A stretch of DNA of 64,000 bases from Candidatus Kapaibacterium sp. Lineage in GTDB: Bacteria; Bacteroidota; Ignavibacteria; Kapaibacteriales; UBA2268. The position numbers and the translations under genes are program-made. The notes beneath the pieces are model-generated. The model ran no database searches and was not told where the DNA came from. It saw only the letters and a program-made list of their open reading frames with translations. How positions within the stretch are numbered: the stretch's first letter is position 1; each line of letters begins with the position of its first letter. Location: assembly GCA_038206725.1 (NCBI GenBank), contig JBBRAO010000014.1, positions 192 to 64,191 on the forward strand, written 5' to 3'. This document shows, piece after piece, positions 19,576 through 28,800 of the stretch.

Positions 19576-20705
19576 TTTTTATACTTATTAATTTGGTCAA
19601 ATCTTAAATCAAAATATTTTTTTGTTGTTTCTGGGTATATTTTTTCAAAATCAAGAAATGCTCGTAAAGCGGAGCAAGTTGTTTCAGTGTTTTTATGGTA
19701 GTTCTGGTTGGCCTCACAAAACTGTCTAAACGACATTTTTTTAAAAAATTGAGGTTGATTGCACCATCTTGCAATTTGAGTATAAAATGTTTGTAGTTCA
19801 GTATTTTTATATTTTTCATGTCTCATAATATAAGGGAGGCATCCGTATTTCATAAGTATTTTAATTCTTTCAAAAGTATTTTAATTCTTTCAAAAGTATT
19901 TATAATATCTTGTTCATTCTGTGAATCATACGCACACATTATATATAGCTTGGTTGTTTTTGTTGAAAACCTCTTCCACAATCTCAATTTTTTTTCAATG
20001 ATATCTTTATCTTCAATATGGTCGAATGCAAAAATAAAATCACCCTTGTATCTTGTATTTGCAAGCCTTTTTGCAATTTTTTCATTCATTAAACGAATAT
20101 CTAGGCCTTGGCGAAATTGAAATGGTTTTTTTGTTGCTTCTAATTCATCTAATATTGTTTCCCAACCTGAAAATGCCAAAAAATTATCATCCCAAAGGTA
20201 TATATAGGGCCTATCCTGGTCAATAAATTCTATTATTGGAGAATGTTTAATTGCTTTATGATATTTCTTGTTTACGCAAAATGAACATTTTCTAAAACAA
20301 CCCCTTGTTGTAAACCCAATGGAATAATTCAAGTAATCAGAAAAACGTTTTTTTGTTTTTCCTTTAAGGATTTCTTCTTCGACGTAGTTTTGATATAATC
20401 CATAATCTGGCACATGATGTTCTATTTTATCCTCAAGAAAATCATCACCATCAGGGAAAAAAACCAGTTCCTCCAATAACGATATTTGGTAGATTTATAA
20501 CATTATCTGGTATTTTAGTAAAAGTAAAAACTTTTGAAATAAATATTTTATCATAAACCAATAAATTATTGTATTTAGTAATTAATTCAACATTGTGGCC
20601 AGCATTTTTATAAAACCCACTTATTTTCATTAAAGCTAGGTTTGGGTGTCTTGTTCCGTTATCTAATAAATCTGCGTCTATAATTCCAACGTTTATTAAT
20701 GCCAC
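19572..20705 (-). pseudogene. Radical SAM protein with an N-terminal Rossmann/B12-binding-like domain, broken into three ORFs
   Basis: CxxxCxxC motif in TRGCFRKCSFC. ORFs 20451-20705, 19850-20476 and 19572-19853 become one reading frame of about 370 aa if one T of a T7 run is removed and one copy of a 20-bp tandem repeat is removed. GTG start. Confidence 0.75.
19854..19901. repeat. 20-bp tandem duplication (2.4 copies of AGTATTTTAATTCTTTCAAA)
   Basis: Exact copies at 19855-19874 and 19875-19894 plus a 7-nt partial copy. It sits exactly at the junction of the radical SAM ORF fragments. Confidence 0.95.
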
Positions 20706-20809
20706 ATTCTAATCACTATAGTAAATAAAAATTCTACAATCATATCACTTTAATGAGTTGTCATTTATCATAATTTTTTGATTCTTCACGAAACGTACAT
20801 CTCATAATG

Positions 20810-20817
20810 CAAATTTA
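20810..20817 (-). promoter_or_regulatory. Candidate -7 promoter element for the island operon (TAaaTTTG on the minus strand)
   Basis: Plus-strand CAAATTTA equals TAAATTTG on the minus strand, about 105 nt upstream of the GTG at 20705. Motif match only. Confidence 0.25.
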
Positions 20818-21020
20818 ATAAATTATTGTTAAATAAATACAGATATTCTTAAAAAGAGGTCATTAATATGCCGCAACCACAACCATTTTCAACCAAAATA
20901 TCCTTTCAAATCTATAATAGTTGGTGTGTTACTGGCACCATTTATCTCTTCCCATAATTCCCCATAATCTGTTGAAAGTCTTCCACCGAGGGCTTTTAGC
21001 CTGAGGAAGATGTATTAAAA

Positions 21021-21168
21021 AAACCTTATTTTATATTCTTAACCTTAGTAGAAAGGCGATATGTGCGAACATAAACCTTATTACCTTATTTTTGCTGTTA
21101 ATAAGCTAATAAGGTTGGAAGATGATGGTGCCGAATTTTCTACTAAGGTTATATGGGAAATAAGGTTT
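21021..21168. repeat. Long nested imperfect inverted repeat built from AACCTTA / TAAGGTT cores (REPIN/MITE-like or protein-binding array)
   Basis: Exact pairings: 21021-21031 with 21158-21168 (11 bp), 21040-21053 with 21138-21151 (14 bp), 21074-21083 with 21107-21116 (10 bp), 21085-21090 with 21100-21105 (6 bp). Confidence 0.8.
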
Positions 21169-21189
21169 TAAGATTCTTCCCCATTCAAA

Positions 21190-21325
21190 ATTTTACATTC
21201 AAAATTCAAAATTGCTCGAGGACGGATTTCCGTTCTGCTCGGGAATGACCAAAACAAATGATGGACAGGTCGCGACCTGTCCCTACATTCAAAAAAACGT
21301 TCCCAAGCGGGAGCTTGGTAACGAG
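21190..21325. repeat. Cluster of GC-rich palindromic hairpins (REP-like) downstream of hpnD
   Basis: Perfect 20-bp palindrome GGACAGGTCGCGACCTGTCC (21263-21282). GTTCCCAAGC-ggga-GCTTGGTAAC (21299-21322). Hairpin at 21217-21241. TACATTCAAAA is repeated at 21194 and 21284. GC content is far above the surroundings. Confidence 0.8.
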
Positions 21326-21334
21326 AAGTGAATT

Positions 21335-22216
21335 TTACTTTCTTAATTTCCAAATCGTCTTAATCGCTATCCCGATTTTTTCCAATTTGCTCAGTTTTAT
21401 TCGGTTTTCGCTAAATACGTTGTAGTTTTTGCTTATGATTTTTTCTAAAATGGCGTGGTATGTGCCTTTCATTATTTCCGATGCGAGCATAAGTCTTTTA
21501 TCCTTTACTTGCGCGAGGTAGCATTCGGTTTTGATATAATTGCTTTCGGCTAATCCGCCTAATTGTTTCATCATAGCAATGAATTTGGTATTATACTCTT
21601 TTGCGGTAAGGTTGGTTGCACTGTAACGATATTTATCGAGTAATTCAGTTGGAATATATCTATAATTCCGCTTAGCATCGTCTTCCACATCGCGCATAAT
21701 ATTGGTGATTTGCAGGGCGTAGCCTAATGAAACAGCGTATTTAGCGGCGTTATCACTCGTATCGCCAAATATATTCAGACAGATCAAACCGACTATTGAT
21801 GCAACACCATAGCAATACTTCAGCATATCTTCGATAGTTTCGTAATCTTTTTTTCGCAGGTCTTGCGATATTCCGTCAAATAAAATTTCTATTTGCGAAA
21901 TGGGTATGCTATATTTGTGAATTGCCCAAGCAAGAGGTTCTAAAAGCGGATAGACAGGGTTACCATAATATATATCCAATATTGCGTCCTTCCAAAATTT
22001 CATCCGCTTTTCTTTCTCTGCAACCTCGCGGTGAGATAAATTATCGGATGAATCAACAATATCGTCTAAATAACTGCATAAAGTATATATACTTGTAATA
22101 GCCGAACGTTTATCCTTCGGCATAAAGAAAAACGATAGTGCAAAATTGGATTCGCAGGTTGCAATCGCGCCATAGCTTTCAATTTGTGCTAAATCTTTTT
22201 TACAAATAGGCTTCAT
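21335..22216 (-). CDS. hpnD: Presqualene diphosphate synthase (squalene/phytoene synthase family)
   Basis: CESNFALSFFFMPKDKRSAITSIYTLCSYLDDIVD and NIMRDVEDD (Asp-rich motifs). 4-nt overlap with the upstream hpnC-like gene. Confidence 0.75.
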   Translation of the reverse strand: MKPICKKDLAQIESYGAIATCESNFALSFFFMPKDKRSAITSIYTLCSYLDDIVDSSDNLSHREVAEKEKRMKFWKDAILDIYYGNPVYPLLEPLAWAIHKYSIPISQIEILFDGISQDLRKKDYETIEDMLKYCYGVASIVGLICLNIFGDTSDNAAKYAVSLGYALQITNIMRDVEDDAKRNYRYIPTELLDKYRYSATNLTAKEYNTKFIAMMKQLGGLAESNYIKTECYLAQVKDKRLMLASEIMKGTYHAILEKIISKNYNVFSENRIKLSKLEKIGIAIKTIWKLRK

Positions 22217-23145
22217 AAAACCATCCTTAATGCTTTAGCAACGATTGTAATCTTATCGAAGGTATTTAATTTTGGACGGAATGTAAAGAGCTCTGCTTTA
22301 TTAGCTATACACTTTTTCAAAATCATTTCACCACCGGCAAGAACCGCGGCAATTTCTAATTTCAAGCGGGAGTTCTTAAGGTTTTTGATTAAACCGCGTC
22401 CTTTGGAGAACAAACTTTGAGTTTCGGCGAATAAATAATCCATACAATTGTTAAAATTCGATGTACTCGGGAAAATGATATTTGCCGAGGTAAAGCATTC
22501 GAGCGGAATGTCGAATCGTTCCAAAATATCGAGCGGGATATAGCATCGGTTGATATTTTTATCAATTGATATATCCTGCCAAAAGTTTGCCATTTGCAAA
22601 GCGGTGCATATAGCGTCGGAGTATTCTAAATTTGGTTTGTTACATTCATCGAAAAGCGATAATACGAGCTCACCAACTGGATTAGCAGAGTATTTGCAAT
22701 AATCATATAATCCGGCTAAAGAAGTAAAAGGTTGGAAATCCGAATCCTTTTTAAAAGCTGTGATTAGCTTCTGAAAAGGGTTCAAAGACAAATTTATTTG
22801 TTTTATCGTATTCTGAAGGGCAAAAAAGATTGGGTGTTTTTGTTCAAGTAATTCATAATTATATGTCAATGAGCTTTGGAATTGTTCCAAGGCTTCTAAT
22901 TTCATTTTAGAGTCGCCCACAAGTTCATCACCTAAATCATCCGCCGTGCGAGCATAAGCGTAAATAGCATAGAAGTGGGGGCGAAGCTCTTTGGGAATAA
23001 GGAACGAACCTACAGGGAAATTTTCGTAATGCTTGGTTGCTATTTTCTTGCAAAAAGCATAAGAATCGGCAAGATTGTTAACTGTGTAACAACCGGCCGA
23101 TTCTTTAACTATTTCTTTGAGATAATTTTGCATATTCATAATCAA
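22213..23145 (-). CDS. hpnC: Hydroxysqualene synthase (squalene synthase HpnC family)
   Basis: KHYENFPVGSFLIPKELRPHFYAIYAYARTADDLGDE is the HpnC signature region. Confidence 0.75.
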   Translation of the reverse strand: MIMNMQNYLKEIVKESAGCYTVNNLADSYAFCKKIATKHYENFPVGSFLIPKELRPHFYAIYAYARTADDLGDELVGDSKMKLEALEQFQSSLTYNYELLEQKHPIFFALQNTIKQINLSLNPFQKLITAFKKDSDFQPFTSLAGLYDYCKYSANPVGELVLSLFDECNKPNLEYSDAICTALQMANFWQDISIDKNINRCYIPLDILERFDIPLECFTSANIIFPSTSNFNNCMDYLFAETQSLFSKGRGLIKNLKNSRLKLEIAAVLAGGEMILKKCIANKAELFTFRPKLNTFDKITIVAKALRMVL

Positions 23146-23180
23146 AAAAAAGCTGAAATTAATTTCAGCTTTTATCTAAA

Positions 23181-25385
23181 TTAATATTTTTCGTAGAACA
23201 TATATCGTAAATCTTCGATTTCGGCATTTTTGCGTAATACATCAACCCAAGTAGTAAGAGCGGAAACTTGAGATTGTCTGCATATAGCATCCATATATGC
23301 TTTCAAATTCTGATCAACTTGTTTTGTAGTAGGTTGAGTCTTTTTACGTAACTCAATCATATAATAACCCGCTATACCTTTGAATGGCTTTTCAACCTTG
23401 TTCAAACCTGAAGTTGCTGTTTTTGATATGAAGATAGGGTCTCTTCCAATTCCTTCCAAAGGACTTGACAACATCATATTAACTTGTGAAGCGATTCTGA
23501 AATTTGAATCAGCTTTTTGTGCATCGTATAAAGAACCATATTTTTTAAATACGGAATAATCTTTTTCGGCATCATTTTTTGCTAAATTATATTGTTTTTT
23601 GATTAGTACTTTGCTTTGAATTTCAGCGGCTACATCTTTAATAGGAATATAATCGCCTTTGTCGCGTTTATCGGCTACTTGAGCAATAATAATGCAATTA
23701 TCAAATGTACGTGGTTGAATGATATCGCCTTTGTCTGCAACAAACGCTGTATCAACGAAGAATCTTGTGGAAATCCATTCAGGACTTGTAATAGAGAAAG
23801 GTTGTCCTTTAGGTAAGAAACCTGTTTCACCGGCAATAAATCCACTTTTCTTAGCAACTGATTCGCAAGTTTGTCCGTCTTCTAACATTGTATAGACCGA
23901 ACGGGAATCCATCATATATTTGTTTTTAGAAAGTGTGCTTATTTTTGGTATGAATAAAATCTCAGAAAATTTGATTTCTTTGCTTTGAGAGTCTTCAACA
24001 TAGATAATGTGGTAACCAAATTGTGATTCAACAGGATTTGCCACAAGACCTTTAGGTGCGCCAAATGAAGCTTTTTCGAATGATTCAACCATACGGCCGC
24101 GTCCAAACCAACCAACTTCGCCACCCTGAGCCCCTGAACCTTGATCTGCTGAATGAAGGCGTGCTAATTCAGAAAAATCTGCTCCGCCTTTCAACTTAGC
24201 AATTAAACCCTTCGCAAATGCCATAGCACTGTCTTTTTTGGTTTCGTTTGCCCATCTAATTAAAATGTGTTTAGCTTTAACGATTGTGTCTTTACCTTCG
24301 CGAACGTCGTCTAAACGGAAGAAGTATAGAGTATCAGCTAATTTTAATGGACCTACCACTTGACCTTTGTTCATTACATTTAATATAGCTAATTTCTGAG
24401 CGTCCATATTTGTAGGTGAATTATAATCGTGGGTTCTTCCTGAATATTCATTTAATTTCATTTCGAAAACGCTGTCGCGGGCTGGTTCAGTTGTTACTGA
24501 TGCTAACCCTTCGTTAATTTTTTCAATACGTTTTTGAATCTTAATGGTATCGGTTTTCAAAGGCAAGATTGGTATAACTACATATTTTATATTAACTTTA
24601 TCTTCTTTCTCTACATATTTTTCTTTATGACTTTGGTAATAATCTCTCAATTCTTTGTCGGAAACCTTCAATTGAGCGCTCATATAATTACGTAAAGGAT
24701 AAGCTTTATAAAGAATATCAACACTAGTGTTTTCTTCAGTAAATTGCTGTTTAGCAAATTCCGGCGAAACTATAGAAGCGGCTTCACTGACAACTAAATT
24801 ATATACATTATAAGGGGTAGCAGTTTTAATACTGTCTTCATAAGCCATTATGTATTGGCGCCATTGACCTAATATTTCTTGTTGCTTTTCAGCAGGCAAT
24901 TTTTGAATATTTGGATTCGAACGTAGATAGTTCTCCGGGTTTGTTATGAAAGTAAGATACATATCTTTCATAAAGCCGCCCGTAGAATCTGTAAAGTTTT
25001 TTCTAAGTCCTGCAGGTGGTGTTTCTATTAAAATGTCTCTAATTCTATCATCGGACATTACGATACCGGCTTTTTCATATTCTTTTTCAAATATTACTTT
25101 ATTAACCATTCTGCTCCAAATATCGTTACTCAATTGCTCAGTATTTTGGTTATCAATACCGTTGTCGCGTTGTGATTGAATGACATCATTAAGTTGTTTG
25201 TCATATTCAGTTCTTGATAGGTTTTCGCCTAGAACCTTTCCGATTTCTTGTGCTGATTGATTACGTCTGCCGGTTAAACCATCTACGATGGTATTATCTC
25301 CGATAGTAAAAAACAGAACTAGTAAAACGGCAAATAGACCGAAAAACCAAGGTGATATCTTTCTGATATTTTCGAAAGTTCCCAT
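23181..25385 (-). CDS. ppiD: Periplasmic chaperone / peptidyl-prolyl isomerase, PpiD-like
   Basis: N-terminal membrane anchor, long SurA-like chaperone region, and parvulin domain (AKHILIRW...GGEVGWFGRGRMVESFEKASF). Confidence 0.75.
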   Translation of the reverse strand: MGTFENIRKISPWFFGLFAVLLVLFFTIGDNTIVDGLTGRRNQSAQEIGKVLGENLSRTEYDKQLNDVIQSQRDNGIDNQNTEQLSNDIWSRMVNKVIFEKEYEKAGIVMSDDRIRDILIETPPAGLRKNFTDSTGGFMKDMYLTFITNPENYLRSNPNIQKLPAEKQQEILGQWRQYIMAYEDSIKTATPYNVYNLVVSEAASIVSPEFAKQQFTEENTSVDILYKAYPLRNYMSAQLKVSDKELRDYYQSHKEKYVEKEDKVNIKYVVIPILPLKTDTIKIQKRIEKINEGLASVTTEPARDSVFEMKLNEYSGRTHDYNSPTNMDAQKLAILNVMNKGQVVGPLKLADTLYFFRLDDVREGKDTIVKAKHILIRWANETKKDSAMAFAKGLIAKLKGGADFSELARLHSADQGSGAQGGEVGWFGRGRMVESFEKASFGAPKGLVANPVESQFGYHIIYVEDSQSKEIKFSEILFIPKISTLSKNKYMMDSRSVYTMLEDGQTCESVAKKSGFIAGETGFLPKGQPFSITSPEWISTRFFVDTAFVADKGDIIQPRTFDNCIIIAQVADKRDKGDYIPIKDVAAEIQSKVLIKKQYNLAKNDAEKDYSVFKKYGSLYDAQKADSNFRIASQVNMMLSSPLEGIGRDPIFISKTATSGLNKVEKPFKGIAGYYMIELRKKTQPTTKQVDQNLKAYMDAICRQSQVSALTTWVDVLRKNAEIEDLRYMFYEKY

Positions 25386-25741
25386 TAATAAATTACTCCA
25401 TATATTTTATTGTTAAACATTAAATTCAAATTTATATAATATAGTTTAGATACAAACTACAAAATTAAACTTCAAAAAGTTAATAATCAAATTTTTGTCG
25501 AATTTAATGTCAAAGAAGCAAAAAAAAATATTTATACCACTTTTTGTATTCGTTAAGCATAAAGGAATTTTTGGCAAAAAAATAATAATAAAATTCAGAA
25601 TAAATCGTAAATAATAATAAATCCTTCGATATTTTAATAACAAAAATGCATAAAAATAAATATTTTTACACACTATCAATTATAAGTCCTGTTTTTTTAA
25701 AAAAAATATGTATATTTGGAAAATAATTGTAACAAAAAACG

Positions 25742-25749
25742 TACTTTTG
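25742..25749 (+). promoter_or_regulatory. Candidate -7 promoter element (TActTTTG)
   Basis: TAnnTTTG match 72 nt upstream of the 1959-aa gene, in a 435-bp AT-rich intergenic region. Confidence 0.25.
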
Positions 25750-25820
25750 TGTTATTGTATATGATGAATATTATAATAGAACTGAAAACTAATTAATTTA
25801 ATATAATTTTTGAGGAAACG

Positions 25821-28800
25821 ATGATGAAAAAACAACCATTTATTTACAAGTTTGCCCTTTTGATGACGGCAATATTTGTAATGCTATCGGTTAGCAACAT
25901 CCCTGCGATGGCTCAAGATACAGGCCCCGAGGGATACTGCCTACCAAACCAATGGGTATCAAAACAAAACGCTTTGTATTACTCATACTATATGTGTTAT
26001 GGCGATTACCCTAAAATGTACTCCTTCTATTTAGCAGTACCTGTGCTAACCCTATCTGATTTACAGATATATATGAAAAGCGACCCTACTAATCGCCCTG
26101 TACAAAAAAATTCCGGCGATGTATTCCAAAACTGTTATCAATTTTATTTGATATCAGACTATACAGGTGGGGGTGAATTTGTACCCGGTGAAACTTACGT
26201 AGCACAAATGAGAATAAAACCAAATGATTGGACCTATGACTTTGGTTACATTTATTCTTATTGTGATTTTGGGTATTCTTGGTCTGCCGCTTGGTGTAGT
26301 GTTAGAATGTTTGCAGATTGGAATATGGATGCCGATTTCGCCGATAATCTAAGCCAAAGCAGACCTGAAAATGAATACATTAATCAATATGAATCACATT
26401 TCTGGATGAAAAGTGGTGCTGGATATTGTAATGCTTTCGAGGTAACTCAAGAATTTAAAGTTCCCGAAGATGTAGAATTAAAGAAAACAAGACTACGTAT
26501 AATGGCTTGCCAAGGTTATACTTATGATTATACGACCTGGAAACAAATTCCATATCCTGGACCACAATATGATAAAGATGCTTGTGTTGATGGATATGTT
26601 TACTTGTATGGATATGGTGGTGTAACATATTATGCTTATAACTATGGTTATGGCGAAATAGAAGATTACTTAATCACATTTGCAGTTGCTTTAAAAAGCT
26701 CATTCCCAGATAACGTTGCACCAAATAACATTTTGTTAGCTGGTGAGAAATATAACGGTGAAACCCGTAAAAGAAAAGACAAACCAGATGATCCTCCTGT
26801 ATTGTTCAAACGTCCAATGGTAGAACTTGGCGGTGCAATGAAAGAAGGAACTACATTAAACTATCAAATATTTGGTCCTAAACCTTTGGGTGCAGACGAA
26901 AGCCAAAAATTGGTTTATGAAGCTTTGGATCGCACAACAGGAAGTCCTACAATTGACATCAGTGGTAGCAAATGGCCTAATCAAAAGATAGTACCGATGA
27001 CAAAATCACGCGGTAAATATTCAGTTGGCGGTGACGGCACATTTATGGCTCAATCCGGTGGTGTTTATGAATTACGTTTAACAGTTACTTTACCTGGTAA
27101 ACCACCAAAAGTAATTAAAAAAGAATTCATTTGTTCTTGGGCTAATGACGTAGCCGCATCGAGTATCGAATCTCCATTAACAGATGGTTTCCCACGTTAC
27201 TTTAAATATGCACGTGGATTAACTATGGATGCTATTGGCACATTTACTAATACAGGTCTAAATCCTATTTATAAATTCGATGCTTTTTGCAAAATATATG
27301 ATCCTGATGGACTATTATTCTGGGAAAAATCATATACTTATGATTCCGACAAAGAAGCAACCGGGGTATTAGGACAAGGTAAAATAGCAACCATTAAATT
27401 TGGTTCTGTTAAACCTGATAAAGTTGGTCAATACAAGATGTATATCAAATGCGATTTATTAAGTGCTGCTGATATGGAACCTTTCAATGATAGATTTATG
27501 AGAGAGGGAGATCCTGAATATACATTCGCTGTTGCCGACGAATACGAAGCACAAGCTTATGCATCTGTAATACCTTTAAAAGACAGTAAAACTATTGTAA
27601 TCAATCGTCCATTCTTCCCAATAGGTGATTTCAAAAATAACGGTATTTCTGATATCGGTAACGCCTATGCTAAAATGGAATTCAAACATTTAACATCAAG
27701 CTATTCAAAATCAGTTGATGTAATTATTGAATCATTACCACAAGCACCTGAAGGACAAAACATTCGTTCGGTAAAATTCCCTCCGATTGCTTTAGAAAAA
27801 GCAGGTATGTATGAAGGTACAATGACTATTAAAGCTGTTGGTGACCGTCAAACAAAAAATGATCAAATTAAATTCAATTTTGAAGTAGTTAACTCATTAA
27901 AAGGTGAATTCACAGTTGGTACCGGTGGCGATTTTGCTACTATTGACGATGCGATGAATTCGTTGTACAGAAATGGTATTGATGGTCCTGTTACTTTAAT
28001 ATTAATTGATAAAGTATATAATGTTGGTGATATTAATGTTTCTGCTCCTGCTTGGGATTTGACAACAACAATATTAGGTCATAGTCAAGCCAATCCGATT
28101 AATATCAAACCATCAAAAGAGTTAGAAATACTAAAAGCTTCTATCACAATTAACTTATTTAGTAAACAAGGTATTGGCGTTTTGTTCGGTCAAAGATTAC
28201 AAAACAAATATTCTGGTGCTATAATCAACGAACAATTACCAACAAATTTATTAATTTCTTATGCAAATAACCCTGGCTATATTACAATTGACGGTGGAAA
28301 AAATAAGAGTATTAAATTTGTATTAAATAGTGGACATCCAACTTATGGCGCTGCATTCTTGTTAGCCGGTGGTTCTGAAAATGTTACTATTAAAAACATT
28401 TTAATCGAAAACGGAACTTCTCAAATTAAAAATTCATCTTATGTTCCCGGAACATTCTATAACAAAAAAGATGGTAACAAATTTGAACCTGATGTTGTAC
28501 TTCAAACAAATGAATCATATTCAGCCGGTATTGTTAACCGTGCTAGGATTTCAAAACAAGAACCTATCACAGTAGAAGGCTTACCACAAGATAAAACACA
28601 AGATGCGGGCTATATGCTTGATATCATTCCAAACAGCAACAACGTTTTCGTAAATAATGAAATCAGTGGTTTTGGATTTGGTGTGTTAAGTTTAGGTATG
28701 GGACCGGTTTTAATCAAAGACGTGCAAACAGACAAAGAAACATTAGAAAATCGTTATAATAAAAATACATTAATTGAAAATAACCTTATTACTTCAAGTG

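Noticed and set aside
19604-19819. 71-aa alternative-frame ORF, plus the plus-strand ORF 19818-20120, within the radical SAM locus.
   Set aside because: They overlap the frame that carries clear radical SAM C-terminal homology and they have no motifs. They are by-products of AT-rich sequence.
20875-21000. Met-less minus-strand frame of about 40 codons (…ALGGRLSTDYGELWEEINGASNTPTIIDLKGYFG-stop) that looks protein-like. It could be a gene remnant at the island edge.
   Set aside because: It has no start codon and is too short. I cannot assign a family without a database search. I note it only as a possible relic.
14760-21170. Search for direct repeats (att sites), an integrase, a tRNA or a transposase flanking the island.
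   Set aside because: I found only a weak resemblance, TCTTTCCCACACCCCAA at about 14871 versus TCTCTTCCCATAATTCCCCATAA at about 20955. This is not convincing, and no recombinase or tRNA is present. The mobility mechanism remains unknown.
21168-21353. 61-aa ORF (…RYQAPAWERF…RSRPVHH…).
   Set aside because: It is simply the translation of the GC-rich palindromic repeat cluster and it overlaps the hpnD 3' end. It is a repeat-derived artefact.
25446-25679. 77-aa ORF in the AT-rich region upstream of the giant T9SS gene. The similar ORFs 52060-52248 and 52082-52279 lie upstream of nuoF.
   Set aside because: The composition is extremely AT-rich and low-complexity (F/I/L/K/N) within promoter-type DNA. 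It is very unlikely to be coding.
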